DNA of 52,707 bases from Candidatus Limnocylindria bacterium (GCA_035699665.1 DASSPJ010000044.1:1-52707); one strand, 5' to 3'. Numbered from the stretch's first letter, positions 27,699 through 39,147 are shown. Notes: generated from the letters alone by a model not told the origin. Made by a program: numbers and translations.

Positions 27699-30452
27699 AT
27701 GGTCGACCCCACCCTTCCGGTCGGCACCGTCACGCTCGTCTTCACCGATATCGAGGGCTCCACGCGCCTGCTCGACGAGCTCGGGGACGCGTATGCGCAG
27801 CTCCTGACCGACCACCACCGGATCGTCAGCACCGCGGCCGAGGCGCACGGTGGCAGCCGCGTCGACGCCGCCGGCGACGGGCTGTTCTATGCATTCCTCA
27901 CCGCGCGGGGCGCGCTGGCCGCGGCGGTCGAGGCGCAGCGGGCCCTGGCGTCGCACGACTGGCCCACGGGCGCCCGCGTGGCGGTGCGCATGGGGATCCA
28001 CAGCGGCGAGCCGATCAGCGCGTCCACCGGGTACGTGGGGATCGACGTCCACCGCGCCTCGCGGATCTGCTCGGCGGGCCACGGCGGGCAGGTGCTCGTC
28101 TCCGAGGCGACCCGCGCGCTCATCGGCGGCGGGCTGCCGGACGGCGTGACCCTCCGCGACCTCGGTGAGCACCGGCTCCGCGGGCTGGCCGACCCGGAGC
28201 GCATCTACCAGGTCGTGGGCGCCGGGTTGCGCGCCGACTTCCCGCCGGTCCGCTCGCTCGATACGCTGCCCAACAACCTGCCGCGTCAGCTGTCGAGCTT
28301 CGTCGGCCGCGACCGCGAGATCGCCGAGGCCGAGGAACGGCTTCACGACGCAACGACGCTGACCCTCACCGGCCCGGGCGGGGTGGGCAAGACGCGCCTG
28401 GCGCTCGAGATCGGCGCCCACCTGGTCGATGACTTCGAGGGCGGCGTGTGGCTCGTCGAGCTCGCATCGGTCTCGGAAGGCGAGCTGGTGCCCGATGCGA
28501 TCGCGGCCGCCCTGGGCGTCAAGCCACGGCCCGGGGTCGACCTCCAGCAGACGCTGGTGGAGGCCGTGGCGGCGAAGCCGACGCTCCTCATCCTCGACAA
28601 CTGCGAGCACATCCTGGACCCCGTCGTTGCCGCGGCCGACGAGCTGCTGCGGCATTGCCCGAAGCTCCAGCTGCTCGCCACCAGCCGAGAGGCACTGGGG
28701 CTGCCGGGTGAAAGCCTCATGCCGGTGCCCTCGCTCTCGCTGCCGGCCGGCGCCGAGGCCGAGGACCTCGCGGCCCTCACCGAGTGCGACGCGGTGCGCC
28801 TCTTCATCGATCGCGCGCGGGCGGTGCTGCCGGGCTTCGCCGTCGACGCCGAGAACGTCACGGCCATCGCCCAGATCTGCCGGCGGCTGGACGGCATCCC
28901 GCTCGCCGTCGAGCTGGCCGCGGCGCGCATCCGCTCGCTGCCGCCGTACCAGATCGCCGCACGCCTGGACGATCGCTTCCGGCTGCTCACCGGCGGGACC
29001 CGCACGTCGCTGCCGCGGCACCGCACGCTGCGCGCCGCCTTCGACTGGAGCTTCGAGCTCCTCTCGCGCGCCGAGCAGGAGCTGGTACCGCGCCTCTCGG
29101 TGTTCGCCGGCAGCTTCTCCCTGGAAGCGGCCGAAGCGATCTGCAGCGGCGGCGCGGTGACCGCGGCAGACATGCTGGACCTGCTGAGCCGGCTCATCGA
29201 TCGCTCGCTGCTGCAGGCCGAGCCTGAGACCTCGGAGGCGCGCTACCGGATGCTCGAGACGATCCGCGAGTACGCGCAGGAGCGGCTCGGCGAGTCCGGC
29301 GAGGCGGAGGAGTTCCACCGCCGCCACACCGCGTGGTTCACCGGGCTCGTCGAGCGGGCACGGCCCGCCTTCTTCAGCGGTCCGGTGCAGCCGGAATGGG
29401 TGGCGCGTCTGGCGCGCGACGACGACAACCTGCGAGCTGCCCTGCGCTGGTCGAACGACGACCCGCGCGGCGCCGATGCCGAGCTGACCCTGGTCTCCGG
29501 CCTGTGGCGCTTCTGGGAAGTGCGCGGCGAGCTGACCGAGGGCAGCGCCTGGCTCACCCGCGCCCTGGCCCGCGTGGGCGGCGAGGTGTCTCCCCGACGC
29601 GCCAGCGCCCTGACCGGGGCCGGCGTGCTTGCCGGGCAGCGTGGGGATCTCGACGCGGCGGCCGCCTTCCACGACGCCAGCCTGGTCCTGCATCGCGAGC
29701 TCGGCACCCCGATGGGCATCGCGGCCGCGTGCAGCAACAGCGCCAGCATCGCCGCCGAGCGTGGCGACCTGGAGCGCGCGCGCCAGCTCTTCGGCGAGTC
29801 GATCCAGATGGCGCGGGGGGCCGGCGACCTGCACGGCGCGGCATTCAGCCTCGTGAACCTCGCCGACGTGGCAGCCAGGCAGGGTGACGCCGAGGAGGCG
29901 GACCGGCTGTACGCCGAGAGCATCGAGGTCTTCCGCTCGATCGGTGATGACTTCGGCACGGCACACGCCATGGCCAGCCTCGCCCAGGCAGCCCGGCGGC
30001 GCGGGGATCGTGCCACGGCGCGTCAGCAGTACCGAGCCGCGCTCGAGATTCACGAGCGGACCGGCGACCGGCGCGCGGAGGCTCGACTCAGCGCGCTCCT
30101 CGGCGACCTCGCCGCGGAGGAGGGCGACCAGGCGGAAGCGGAGCACCTCTACCAGCACGCCGTTGCCGTGCGTGGAGCACTCGGCGACCGCGTCGGCGTG
30201 GCTCACGCCCTGGAGCGGCTCGCGGGGATCGCCGAGGACCGCCCTGAGCGGTCAGCCGCGCTGCTCGGCGCCGCCGATGCGATCCGCACCACGGTCGGGG
30301 CGCCGTTGAGTCCCGCCAACGCGCGACGTGTCGAGCAGTTCCTGACGGAGCTGGGCGCGGCGGCGGGACCGGAGGCGATCCGCGCTGCCTTCGCCGCCGG
30401 TCGGGCATCCTCGTGGCAGGCCGTCCTCGACCGGGCGGCCCGCCGGGATTAG
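27699..30452 (+). CDS. class III adenylate/guanylate cyclase fused to a STAND (NB-ARC-like) ATPase and TPR repeats
   Basis: Starts 3 nt after the XDH FAD-subunit stop. Cyclase domain (VTLVFTDIEGST, GDGLFYAF), P-loop GPGGVGKTRLA, LLILDNCEH, then about 350 aa of TPR-like repeats. No HTH seen. Confidence 0.85.
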   Translation: MVDPTLPVGTVTLVFTDIEGSTRLLDELGDAYAQLLTDHHRIVSTAAEAHGGSRVDAAGDGLFYAFLTARGALAAAVEAQRALASHDWPTGARVAVRMGIHSGEPISASTGYVGIDVHRASRICSAGHGGQVLVSEATRALIGGGLPDGVTLRDLGEHRLRGLADPERIYQVVGAGLRADFPPVRSLDTLPNNLPRQLSSFVGRDREIAEAEERLHDATTLTLTGPGGVGKTRLALEIGAHLVDDFEGGVWLVELASVSEGELVPDAIAAALGVKPRPGVDLQQTLVEAVAAKPTLLILDNCEHILDPVVAAADELLRHCPKLQLLATSREALGLPGESLMPVPSLSLPAGAEAEDLAALTECDAVRLFIDRARAVLPGFAVDAENVTAIAQICRRLDGIPLAVELAAARIRSLPPYQIAARLDDRFRLLTGGTRTSLPRHRTLRAAFDWSFELLSRAEQELVPRLSVFAGSFSLEAAEAICSGGAVTAADMLDLLSRLIDRSLLQAEPETSEARYRMLETIREYAQERLGESGEAEEFHRRHTAWFTGLVERARPAFFSGPVQPEWVARLARDDDNLRAALRWSNDDPRGADAELTLVSGLWRFWEVRGELTEGSAWLTRALARVGGEVSPRRASALTGAGVLAGQRGDLDAAAAFHDASLVLHRELGTPMGIAAACSNSASIAAERGDLERARQLFGESIQMARGAGDLHGAAFSLVNLADVAARQGDAEEADRLYAESIEVFRSIGDDFGTAHAMASLAQAARRRGDRATARQQYRAALEIHERTGDRRAEARLSALLGDLAAEEGDQAEAEHLYQHAVAVRGALGDRVGVAHALERLAGIAEDRPERSAALLGAADAIRTTVGAPLSPANARRVEQFLTELGAAAGPEAIRAAFAAGRASSWQAVLDRAARRD

Positions 30453-30700
30453 CCCCCTTCGGTGACCGCCACCAGGCGGTCCGCCTCGAGGCCGTGAGCC
30501 TCGCGGTGAACCCGGTTGGCAAGGTCGGGCGAGGGGGCGTCGACCAGGCAGAACACCTTGCCGGTCGCCTCGTCGAACCAGTAGCGCAGGTAGGTCACGC
30601 CGTACTGCGGCCCGACCTCCATGTCGCGCGCATGCGCCTGGGCAAGGGCGGCGGCGGTGAGACCGGGGATGTGCTCGTGCTCGTCGAGGAAGAGTGGCAT
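30449..30700 (-). CDS. DUF4242 (SCO4226-like) small protein
   Basis: ATG 30700 with GGAGG 8 nt upstream. 83 aa, MPLFLDEHEH...YLRYWFDEATGKVFCLVDAPS...VHREAHGL. Confidence 0.7.
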   Translation of the reverse strand: MPLFLDEHEHIPGLTAAALAQAHARDMEVGPQYGVTYLRYWFDEATGKVFCLVDAPSPDLANRVHREAHGLEADRLVAVTEGG

Positions 30701-30821
30701 CAGCGACCTCCGGATCGGATCGGGCTGCGAAGGAGAGCGTCCGAATTCTAGGCGCTCGAACGGCCTCCCCGCTGTCGCCCCGGCGACGGCACGGCTGTCG
30801 CGCATCTGCGACCATGCGGCC

Positions 30822-31193
30822 GTGCCGCCCCGGATCCAGCGCCCCACGCGCGACGAGGTGTCGATCTTCCCCTCGAAGTCGGCCTTCGTCGCGTGGATGG
30901 AGGCGCATCACGACCGCACCGCGGCGCTGTGGGTCGGCTATTGGCGGCGCGGTATCGACCGGCCGTCGATGACCTATCCCGAATCGGTCGAGGTCGGGCT
31001 GGCCTACGGATGGATCGACAGCGTCACGTACCGGGTCGACGACGAGGTAACCGCCATTCGTTTCACGCCCCGGCGCCGCGGCAGCACCTGGAGCGACCTC
31101 AACGTGGAACGCATGCAGCGGCTCATCGCCGCCGGCGACGCACATCCGGCGGGGATCGCCGCCTTCGAGGCGCGCTCGATGTCGCGCACGTGA
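30822..31193 (+). CDS. YdeI/OmpD-associated family protein
   Basis: GTG 30822, in frame with ORF 30621..31193. F(V)AWMEAHHD...LWVGYWRR...YGWIDSV...RFTPRRRGSTWS is typical of this family. Start uncertain. Confidence 0.55.
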   Translation: MPPRIQRPTRDEVSIFPSKSAFVAWMEAHHDRTAALWVGYWRRGIDRPSMTYPESVEVGLAYGWIDSVTYRVDDEVTAIRFTPRRRGSTWSDLNVERMQRLIAAGDAHPAGIAAFEARSMSRT

Positions 31194-31243
31194 CCGCCGC
31201 CGTGTCGCCTGCCATCTAGGCAGGTCGGACGCGAGGGAGTAGC

Positions 31244-31846
31244 GTGCCGGGCATGACATCCCGAGCACCGGCCGAGCGGACCCCGCTCGACCAGCGCCTG
31301 CGCACCGAGCCGACCGTGTGGCTGAGCTCCACGCGCCCCGACGGGCGCCCACACGTCGTGCCGGTCTGGTTCAGCTGGGACGGATCGGTGTTCGACCTGT
31401 TCAGCAAGCCGCACGCGCAGAAGGTGCGCAACCTGCGCGAGCACCCGGACGTGATGCTGGCCCTGGGGAAGCCGGAAGCGGAGTGGGACGTCGAGCTGGT
31501 GGAAGGCACCGCCACCGTGCTCGACGCGCCCACCGCCGACGTGGTGGCGCCGACCATGTTCGAGAAGTACGCCGCGCTGATGGCCCGCGCCGCGCTGGAT
31601 CGGGAAACGTTCGTCGCCACGTACTCGCAGCCGGTGCGCATCCAGCCGACCCGCTTCCTTGGCTATGGCGGCAAGGGCTGGACCGATCCGGCGCTGACCC
31701 CGGACGGCGACGACGACGTCAGCGGCCACCTCATGCGGCCGCAGCGGCTCGGCGAGGCGCAGGCTGCGCTCGTCGCGGAGCTGCGGCGGGTGACCCGACG
31801 CCTGCGTCGCGGGACGGCGATCGAGCTGCTGGCCCTGGAGGACTGA
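31244..31846 (+). CDS. pyridoxamine 5'-phosphate oxidase-fold (probable F420-dependent) protein
   Basis: [29 protein letters not shown]...[15 protein letters not shown], a PPOX split-barrel signature. GTG 31244 preceded by GAGGGAG. Confidence 0.7.
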   Translation: MPGMTSRAPAERTPLDQRLRTEPTVWLSSTRPDGRPHVVPVWFSWDGSVFDLFSKPHAQKVRNLREHPDVMLALGKPEAEWDVELVEGTATVLDAPTADVVAPTMFEKYAALMARAALDRETFVATYSQPVRIQPTRFLGYGGKGWTDPALTPDGDDDVSGHLMRPQRLGEAQAALVAELRRVTRRLRRGTAIELLALED

Positions 31847-31892
31847 CCGCCCCGCCGCGACTCGGGGCTCGCCGGGCCGCTATCGTGGCCGC

Positions 31893-33458
<1,566 letters not shown>

Positions 33459-33659
33459 GGCTGCTCGGCGCACACGGAATGCGGGTAGGCCCGTGCGCGC
33501 GGATTGCCGCACGCCGCATCTAGCCTCCATGGGTGGACTGTGGTACGCTGCGAGCACAACGCCCGATCGCGGGCATCACATGGCGGCACAACGACACTCC
33601 TCTCTTCGGTTCTACGGCGAGCAGGTTCGCTGGGGCCGCACGAGAAGGAGTGTTTTCAC

Positions 33660-33983
33660 TTGTACACGTATACGGACAAGACCCTGACCTGCGTCGACTG
33701 CAATCAGGAGTTTGTGTTCACCGCACGCGACCAGCAGTTCTTCGCTGATCGCCAGTTCAGCGAGCCGCGCCGCTGCCCGTCCTGCCGAGCCGCCAAGAAG
33801 GCCGCTCGCGGTGACTCCGGTGGCTACGGCGGTGGCAGCTACAGCGGCGGTGGCGGCTACGGCGGCCAGCGCGAGATGTTCACCGCCACCTGCGACAACT
33901 GCGGCCGCGAGGCCCAGGTGCCGTTCCGGCCCAGCGGCTCCAAGCCGGTCTACTGCGCGGACTGCTTCGCCTCGCGCCGCTAG
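33660..33983 (+). CDS. zinc-ribbon protein with a Gly/Tyr-rich linker (two CxxC...CxxC modules)
   Basis: TTG 33660 with AAGGAG 9 nt upstream. CVDCNQEFVFTARDQQFF...RRCPSCR, then GGYGGGSYSGGGGYGG, then CDNCGREAQVPFRPSGSKPVYCADCF. Confidence 0.7.
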   Translation: MYTYTDKTLTCVDCNQEFVFTARDQQFFADRQFSEPRRCPSCRAAKKAARGDSGGYGGGSYSGGGGYGGQREMFTATCDNCGREAQVPFRPSGSKPVYCADCFASRR

Positions 33984-34004
33984 GCGCCGCGGCTCAGCGG
34001 ACCT

Positions 34005-34038
34005 CGAGGCCCGGTGGCACTGCCACCGGGCCTCGTTT
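34005..34038. terminator. intrinsic terminator hairpin between convergent genes
   Basis: Perfect 13-bp stem CGAGGCCCGGTGG / CCACCGGGCCTCG (34005-34017 and 34023-34035) with loop CACTG, followed by TTT. Lies 22 nt after the zinc-ribbon stop and abuts the peptidase stop. Confidence 0.7.
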
Positions 34039-35387
34039 CATGTCCTGCCGATGACCCGCGCCGGCCGCGTCTCGGCCGCCAGGTAGGCGCGCCGGATCGG
34101 CTCCAGGTCGGCATCGGTGCCTGCCTGAAGGTGTTCCATCAGCGTCCGGATGGACGTGATGCCATGACGATGCTGGTCCACGAACGAGCGCACCCCGGTG
34201 AAGAAGGCCTCGTCGCCCATCGCCGCGCGGAGCGCGTTGAGAAACTCGGTCCCCCGGTAGAACACCGTGTGGAAGTAGCCGTCACAGCTCAGCCAATCGC
34301 CGCCCGAGGTCGGTCCCGCCTGCCAGGCGAAGACCGGGCTGTCGACCGGCCGTGACGAGCACTGGTCCTCGCCGATGCCCATCAGCCACCGGGCGCTGAA
34401 GTCCGCGAAGCCCTCGTCCAGGAAGGGCTCACGCATCTGATCGTTCCCCACCTGGGCGTAGAACCACTGGTGCGCCACCTCGTGGTACACGACGTAGGTA
34501 TCGGTGACCTTGCCACGCGTGAGGTGGATGGCGCGGGGGTATTCCATGCTGAACCCGCCGCCCGACCCGACCTCGGCGAGCACCAGGTCGTCCCACGGGT
34601 AGGGGCCGTAGGCCTCTCCGAACGCCACCAGCGCCTCGGCCGCCAGGTCGGCGACCACCCGCCCATCCACGGTCTCGGTGTAGACGCGCATCGCGACGCC
34701 CGCCACGTCACGGCCCACGAGGCGGAACCGCGGGTTCACCACGAAGCTGAAGTCGCGGACCTGCTCGACCTCGCAGCGCCAGTGCGTGCCGATCGTCGCG
34801 GGGGCCTCCACCAGGCCGGGGCAGGCCACGGCGTCGCGGGGCTGCGCCACGGTGGTCGTGAGGTCGAGCGTCACCCGCTCCGCGGTCGCCGTCACCTGCG
34901 GGTCGCCCACGCCGTGGCTCCCGTGCTCGCGCGACACGATCGGGAACCACTGCCCGAAGCTGATCACCCCGTTCTCGCGCGACGTGCGCGCCGTGAACGC
35001 GCCGCCGCTGTTGCCGACCGTCAAGGTGAACGGCACGCGCACCTCGATGGTGGCATCGGGCTCCATCCCGCCGGGGAGCGGCACCCGCAGGTTGGTCTCC
35101 GTCGTCCACTCGACGCTGACCGGTGCGCCATCGACGGTGACCGGGTCGTCCAGCGCCACGTAGTCGAACGCGCGCGGCAGGACGGCGAGGTTCAGCCACT
35201 CGACGTCGCGTCCCGATCGATTGGTGAGGGTCGCCACCTCCACCGCATCGAGGCGACCGGTCCCCACGTCGAGCGTGGCGGTGATGTGGTACGCGGCGTC
35301 GAGCCGCATCGTGGCGCCGGCAGCCTCCACCGGTGCGGGGAGAAGGAGGATCAGCGCCGTGGCGCCCAGGAGGAGGCGGGCCGACAT
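34038..35387 (-). CDS. secreted M1-family (gluzincin) metallopeptidase
   Basis: Signal peptide MSARLLLGATALILLLPAPVEA. HEVAHQWF followed by E 19 residues after the second His (FLDEGFADF), i.e. HExxH-x18-E. Confidence 0.8.
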   Translation of the reverse strand: MSARLLLGATALILLLPAPVEAAGATMRLDAAYHITATLDVGTGRLDAVEVATLTNRSGRDVEWLNLAVLPRAFDYVALDDPVTVDGAPVSVEWTTETNLRVPLPGGMEPDATIEVRVPFTLTVGNSGGAFTARTSRENGVISFGQWFPIVSREHGSHGVGDPQVTATAERVTLDLTTTVAQPRDAVACPGLVEAPATIGTHWRCEVEQVRDFSFVVNPRFRLVGRDVAGVAMRVYTETVDGRVVADLAAEALVAFGEAYGPYPWDDLVLAEVGSGGGFSMEYPRAIHLTRGKVTDTYVVYHEVAHQWFYAQVGNDQMREPFLDEGFADFSARWLMGIGEDQCSSRPVDSPVFAWQAGPTSGGDWLSCDGYFHTVFYRGTEFLNALRAAMGDEAFFTGVRSFVDQHRHGITSIRTLMEHLQAGTDADLEPIRRAYLAAETRPARVIGRT

Positions 35388-35408
35388 CTACCGGTGTCGC
35401 GCGCGCGT

Positions 35409-35807
35409 CTACGCCTCGGCGCTGGTCGGCCCGCCGACCGCCGCCTCCCAGGACGAGGTCCACGGATAGCGGCGGCTGGTCACCTCGAGCGCCCGCAGGA
35501 GCTCCGTGCGGGCCGTCTCCAGGGCCGCCTGGATGCGCGCCAGCTCTGCCGCGTCTGCGGCGTCCGAGCGCGCCTCCTCCGACTTGACCGCGGCGACGAC
35601 GCGTCGGTACGCCTGGATACCGTCGTTGGCGGCGCGAGTGATCTGGTTGGTCGTGGCGCGCAGCAGTCGCATCCGCTCGCTCTCCGACGGCTCGCCGGCG
35701 AGCTGACGGTCGAGCATCTCGTTGAGCTCCTCGATGGTGGCGGTGGCGCGCTGGAGGACCCGCAGGTCGCTGGTACGGCGGCCGAGACGCGTGGACGGGA
35801 CGGGCAA
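35409..35807 (-). CDS. hypothetical helical protein
   Basis: In ORF 35409..35972. TTG 35807 is preceded by AGGAGAGG. No family recognised. Lies 21 nt upstream of the M1 peptidase gene. Confidence 0.35.
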   Translation of the reverse strand: MPVPSTRLGRRTSDLRVLQRATATIEELNEMLDRQLAGEPSESERMRLLRATTNQITRAANDGIQAYRRVVAAVKSEEARSDAADAAELARIQAALETARTELLRALEVTSRRYPWTSSWEAAVGGPTSAEA

Positions 35808-36035
35808 GGTGACCTCTCCTGGCGGTCGCAGCGCGGACGTCCGGTGCTGCGACGGGCCCGCCAGCGTACTCCCTTTCGCCGTGCCACGGTCCGGCGAGGG
35901 GTCCTTCAGGCCGGTTTCGTGCTCAGGCGCCGACGACGGGCTGCCGCCCCGCGCCGCCATGAGGACGCGCACGCGGGGATGGCGTCGCGACCCGCCGAGA
36001 CTCTAGGATGGCTCACCCCGCCCACGGATGGACCG

Positions 36036-36452
36036 ATGACCCTCACCGTCTCCCCAGCCACCTTCACCCTCGCCGGCATCCTGCTGCTGACCGTGGTCGC
36101 CATCGAATCCGGCGGCTACTACCTGCTCTCCCTGTGGATGCGCCAGACCGATAGGACCCCGTTCCAGATCGGCTTCGCGCGAGCCGGCCACGCGCACGCC
36201 GGGGTGCTGGTCATCCTCTCGCTGGTGGCACAGCTGTACGTCGATGCCGCCAGGCTCGACGGGGTGCTCGGCGCGGTGGCGCGCCAGGGGGTGCCGTTCG
36301 CCGCGATCCTCATGCCGGCCGGCTTCTTCCTCAGCTCGATGGGCGCCGGGCGGACGCGCCCGAATGGCCTGGTGTGGCTGATCTATGCCGGGAGCGCCTC
36401 GCTCGCCGCGGGGGTCGTGGCGCTGGGCATCGGTCTGTTGACCAGCGCCTAG
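36036..36452 (+). CDS. hypothetical integral membrane protein (about 138 aa, 4 TM)
   Basis: ATG 36036, in frame with ORF 34470..36452 (the upstream part is antisense to the peptidase). Hydrophobic segments throughout. No family recognised. Confidence 0.55.
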   Translation: MTLTVSPATFTLAGILLLTVVAIESGGYYLLSLWMRQTDRTPFQIGFARAGHAHAGVLVILSLVAQLYVDAARLDGVLGAVARQGVPFAAILMPAGFFLSSMGAGRTRPNGLVWLIYAGSASLAAGVVALGIGLLTSA

Positions 36453-37210
36453 CTCGCCGGGCGGAACTCCAGCCCGATCCCCTCCTCCGGCTCGAGAACC
36501 AGGCGCTCGCCCTCGACGGCGGCGCCGAACCCGCCCTCGACCACGGAGCGCACCGCATCCTCCGCGCTGACGGCGGGGCCCGGGCCACAGCCGGTCTCCG
36601 TGACCAGGACCGCGGTGACCGCCACGCTCCCCGTCGGATCCTGCGTCCACGACCCGTTCCAGGTCAGGCAGCCGGCCGTCCCCTCGACGGTGCCGTCGGC
36701 GTGGAAGCGCATGGTCACGCGGTCGAAGTCGGCCGCGTTCGACGCGGCGCCGCCCGTGAGCATCGTCTCGAGCTGCCAATCGGTCTCGACGAGCGCCGCG
36801 TCCGGCGTCGGTGGCGTGCGGGTGTAGGCCAGCTCCACACCGTCGCCGGTCAGCGTCAGGCGGTCGCCGCTGCGGCGTGCCTCGCGCACAGCCCCCAGCG
36901 CGGCGTGGTAGGCGGATTCGAGGGCCATGATCGGTGGGTCGCAGCCCATCATGGTCGACGCGAGGTCGCCGAGCCGGAACTGGCTGCCGCTGATGGTCGC
37001 GCTGCCCGAGAACCCGTTACAGGCCGCGTGGCCGCTGACCGCGGTGCCTTCGATGGTCAGCGTCAGCGGCGCGTTGTCGATGAGCTGCAGCCGCGCACCG
37101 TCGTGCGTGCCCGAGACGAGCGTCCACGCGCCGTCGAGCCCGCCCGTGCCGGGGAGCAGCGAGCAGCCGGTGAGCAGGAGCAGGGCGACGAGCGCCGATC
37201 GGAGAGGCAT
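36449..37210 (-). CDS. META-domain lipoprotein (HslJ-like, two META repeats)
   Basis: Lipobox LLLLTGC. Duplicated pattern W.L....G.......P.TL......V.G...CN.F.G ... L.L (GHAACNGFSGS / GTAGCLTWNGS). Confidence 0.7.
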   Translation of the reverse strand: MPLRSALVALLLLTGCSLLPGTGGLDGAWTLVSGTHDGARLQLIDNAPLTLTIEGTAVSGHAACNGFSGSATISGSQFRLGDLASTMMGCDPPIMALESAYHAALGAVREARRSGDRLTLTGDGVELAYTRTPPTPDAALVETDWQLETMLTGGAASNAADFDRVTMRFHADGTVEGTAGCLTWNGSWTQDPTGSVAVTAVLVTETGCGPGPAVSAEDAVRSVVEGGFGAAVEGERLVLEPEEGIGLEFRPAS

Positions 37211-37228
37211 GCCTGCCGGACGCGCGGC

Positions 37229-37768
37229 TCAGCCGTGCGGTTCCCGCCGATACGTGTCGCGCAGCCAGGCGATGTGCGCGCGGTGCTCCGCTTCGTGCTG
37301 GGCGAGGTGGTGTAGCACCCACGCCGGCGAGACGTCGTAGCGAGCGCGGCGGCGCGGCGCGTGCAGCTCGTGGGGCGGCATGGCGCGCAGCTCCCCGATG
37401 AGGAAGGCCCGGATGCGTGACAGGCGGTCCAGGTGCTGTGCCAGTGATTGCCCGTCGACGCGCGTCAGGCGCCCCTCGTCATCGCGGTCGGCGTACGGCA
37501 GCAGCTCAACGATCCAGGCGGGACAGTCGGTCAGGCCCAGGATGTCGTCGAGCAGCCAATCGGCCTCGATGAGGGCGACGTGGTAGAGGAGCGCGCCGAT
37601 GCTGTTGAGCGGCGCGTCCGGGCGCCAGTCGACCATCGCCGGGGTGACGCCCTCGAGCTCGCGCAGCGTGTCCCGGCGGCCGTCCTCGAGGGCCGCCAAC
37701 CAGCGGCCCACCTCCGGCTCGGGGCCCGGTCCCTCGAGGACGAGTCGCTCGCGCGGCGCATCGGTCAT
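37229..37768 (-). CDS. DinB/DUF664-family protein
   Basis: 179 aa. IGALLYHVALIEADW ... HHLAQHEAEHRAHI, the His-triad pattern of the DinB four-helix bundle. ATGA overlap with the upstream hydantoinase stop. Confidence 0.7.
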   Translation of the reverse strand: MTDAPRERLVLEGPGPEPEVGRWLAALEDGRRDTLRELEGVTPAMVDWRPDAPLNSIGALLYHVALIEADWLLDDILGLTDCPAWIVELLPYADRDDEGRLTRVDGQSLAQHLDRLSRIRAFLIGELRAMPPHELHAPRRRARYDVSPAWVLHHLAQHEAEHRAHIAWLRDTYRREPHG

Positions 37769-39147
37769 GGGCGCAGCATGCGCTCGACGAACCGGCCGAT
37801 CGGACCGGACTCGACCGTTCCCAGCTGGCGCCCGCGGAGGTAGACGCGGACCGGGCGCCCGCGGAGCTCGAGGCCCTCGAATGGCGTGTAGTCGCTGGTG
37901 TGATGCAGCGCCGCCTGGGTGATCGTCCCGCGCGCATCGGGATCGAAGACCACCAGGTCGGCATCCGCCCCGACCTCGATGCGGCCCTTGTCCGGCAGGC
38001 CGAAGAGGCGGGCCGGCGTGGCGGCCAGCAGCTCGACCAGCCGCTCAGCGGCGAGGCGGCCGCGCGCCACGCCCTCCGACCAGAGGACGGCGAGCAGCGT
38101 CTCGATCCCCGGCCCGCCGTTGCTGATCTCCGGGAAGGGCGGCGCCGGAACCTGCTTCTCGACGCGCAGCCGGTCCGGGACGTGGTCCGACGCGACGACG
38201 TCCAGCTGCCCCTCCCGCAGTCCGGCCCACAGGGCCTCGACATCGGTCCGCGAGCGGAGGGGAGGCGAGATGACGCGCTTGATGACCTCGGCCTCGTCGT
38301 CGGCGTCGTACAGGGCGTCGGTGAGGGCCAGGTAATGCGGGCAGGTCTCGGCGTACACCGGCTCGCCGCGCCCCTTCGCCTCGGCGACGGCCTCGAGCGC
38401 CTCCTCGCAGCTGAGGTGGACGATGTACAGCGGCGCTTCCACGCGACGCGCCATCGCGATCGCCTTGCGGGTGGCGGCGCCTTCCGCGCGCGGCGGTCGG
38501 GTGAGCATGTGGTGGCGACATCCGGTCTCGCCCCGCCCGACCGCGGCGGCCACCAGCGGGTCGATGATCGCCGGCTCCTCGCAGTGCACCTGGAGCATCC
38601 CGCCGTGCCGTGCCGCGACGCGCATCGCCGCCTCGAGGCGGTCATCCGGGAGCCGGAAGTCGTAGACCATGAACGCCTTGAAGGTCGGCACGCCCGCCTC
38701 GATGAGCGCCGGCAGCTCCTCCAGCGCCCGGGCCTGCCCGCCGGTCACGACCGCGTTGAGGCCGATGTCGACCGCCGCCTGGCCCGCGGTCCGCTCGCGG
38801 AACTCGCGCATCCCGGCGAGCAGCGAGGCGGCGCCTGCGTCGCTGATGCCAGTGCCCGGGTTGTTGAACGACAGCACGGTGGTCGTGCCGCCCCGCGCGG
38901 CGGCCGCGGTGTCGCGCAGGAATCGATCCGGCTCCTCCGGGACCGGGAGGCGCAGGTGGGTGTGGACGTCGACCACGCCGGGCAGGACGACCATGCCGGT
39001 CGCGTCATCGGTCACCGCGGCGCGGTCCGCGAGGTCGTCGCCCACGGCGCTGACCCGGCCGGCGGTGACGGCGACGTCGGCGCGCCGCGTCCCCCCGGGG
39101 GTGACGATCGAGCCGCCGCGAATGACGAGGTCGGGCGGCGGGCTCAC
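37765..39147 (-). CDS. dihydropyrimidinase/D-hydantoinase-type cyclic amidohydrolase
   Basis: GTG 39147 overlaps the upstream stop (GTGA). PGVVDVHTHL, carboxylated-Lys context VPTFKAFMVY, VHCE, HLS, SDH. About 460 aa. Confidence 0.85.
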   Translation of the reverse strand: MSPPPDLVIRGGSIVTPGGTRRADVAVTAGRVSAVGDDLADRAAVTDDATGMVVLPGVVDVHTHLRLPVPEEPDRFLRDTAAAARGGTTTVLSFNNPGTGISDAGAASLLAGMREFRERTAGQAAVDIGLNAVVTGGQARALEELPALIEAGVPTFKAFMVYDFRLPDDRLEAAMRVAARHGGMLQVHCEEPAIIDPLVAAAVGRGETGCRHHMLTRPPRAEGAATRKAIAMARRVEAPLYIVHLSCEEALEAVAEAKGRGEPVYAETCPHYLALTDALYDADDEAEVIKRVISPPLRSRTDVEALWAGLREGQLDVVASDHVPDRLRVEKQVPAPPFPEISNGGPGIETLLAVLWSEGVARGRLAAERLVELLAATPARLFGLPDKGRIEVGADADLVVFDPDARGTITQAALHHTSDYTPFEGLELRGRPVRVYLRGRQLGTVESGPIGRFVERMLRP

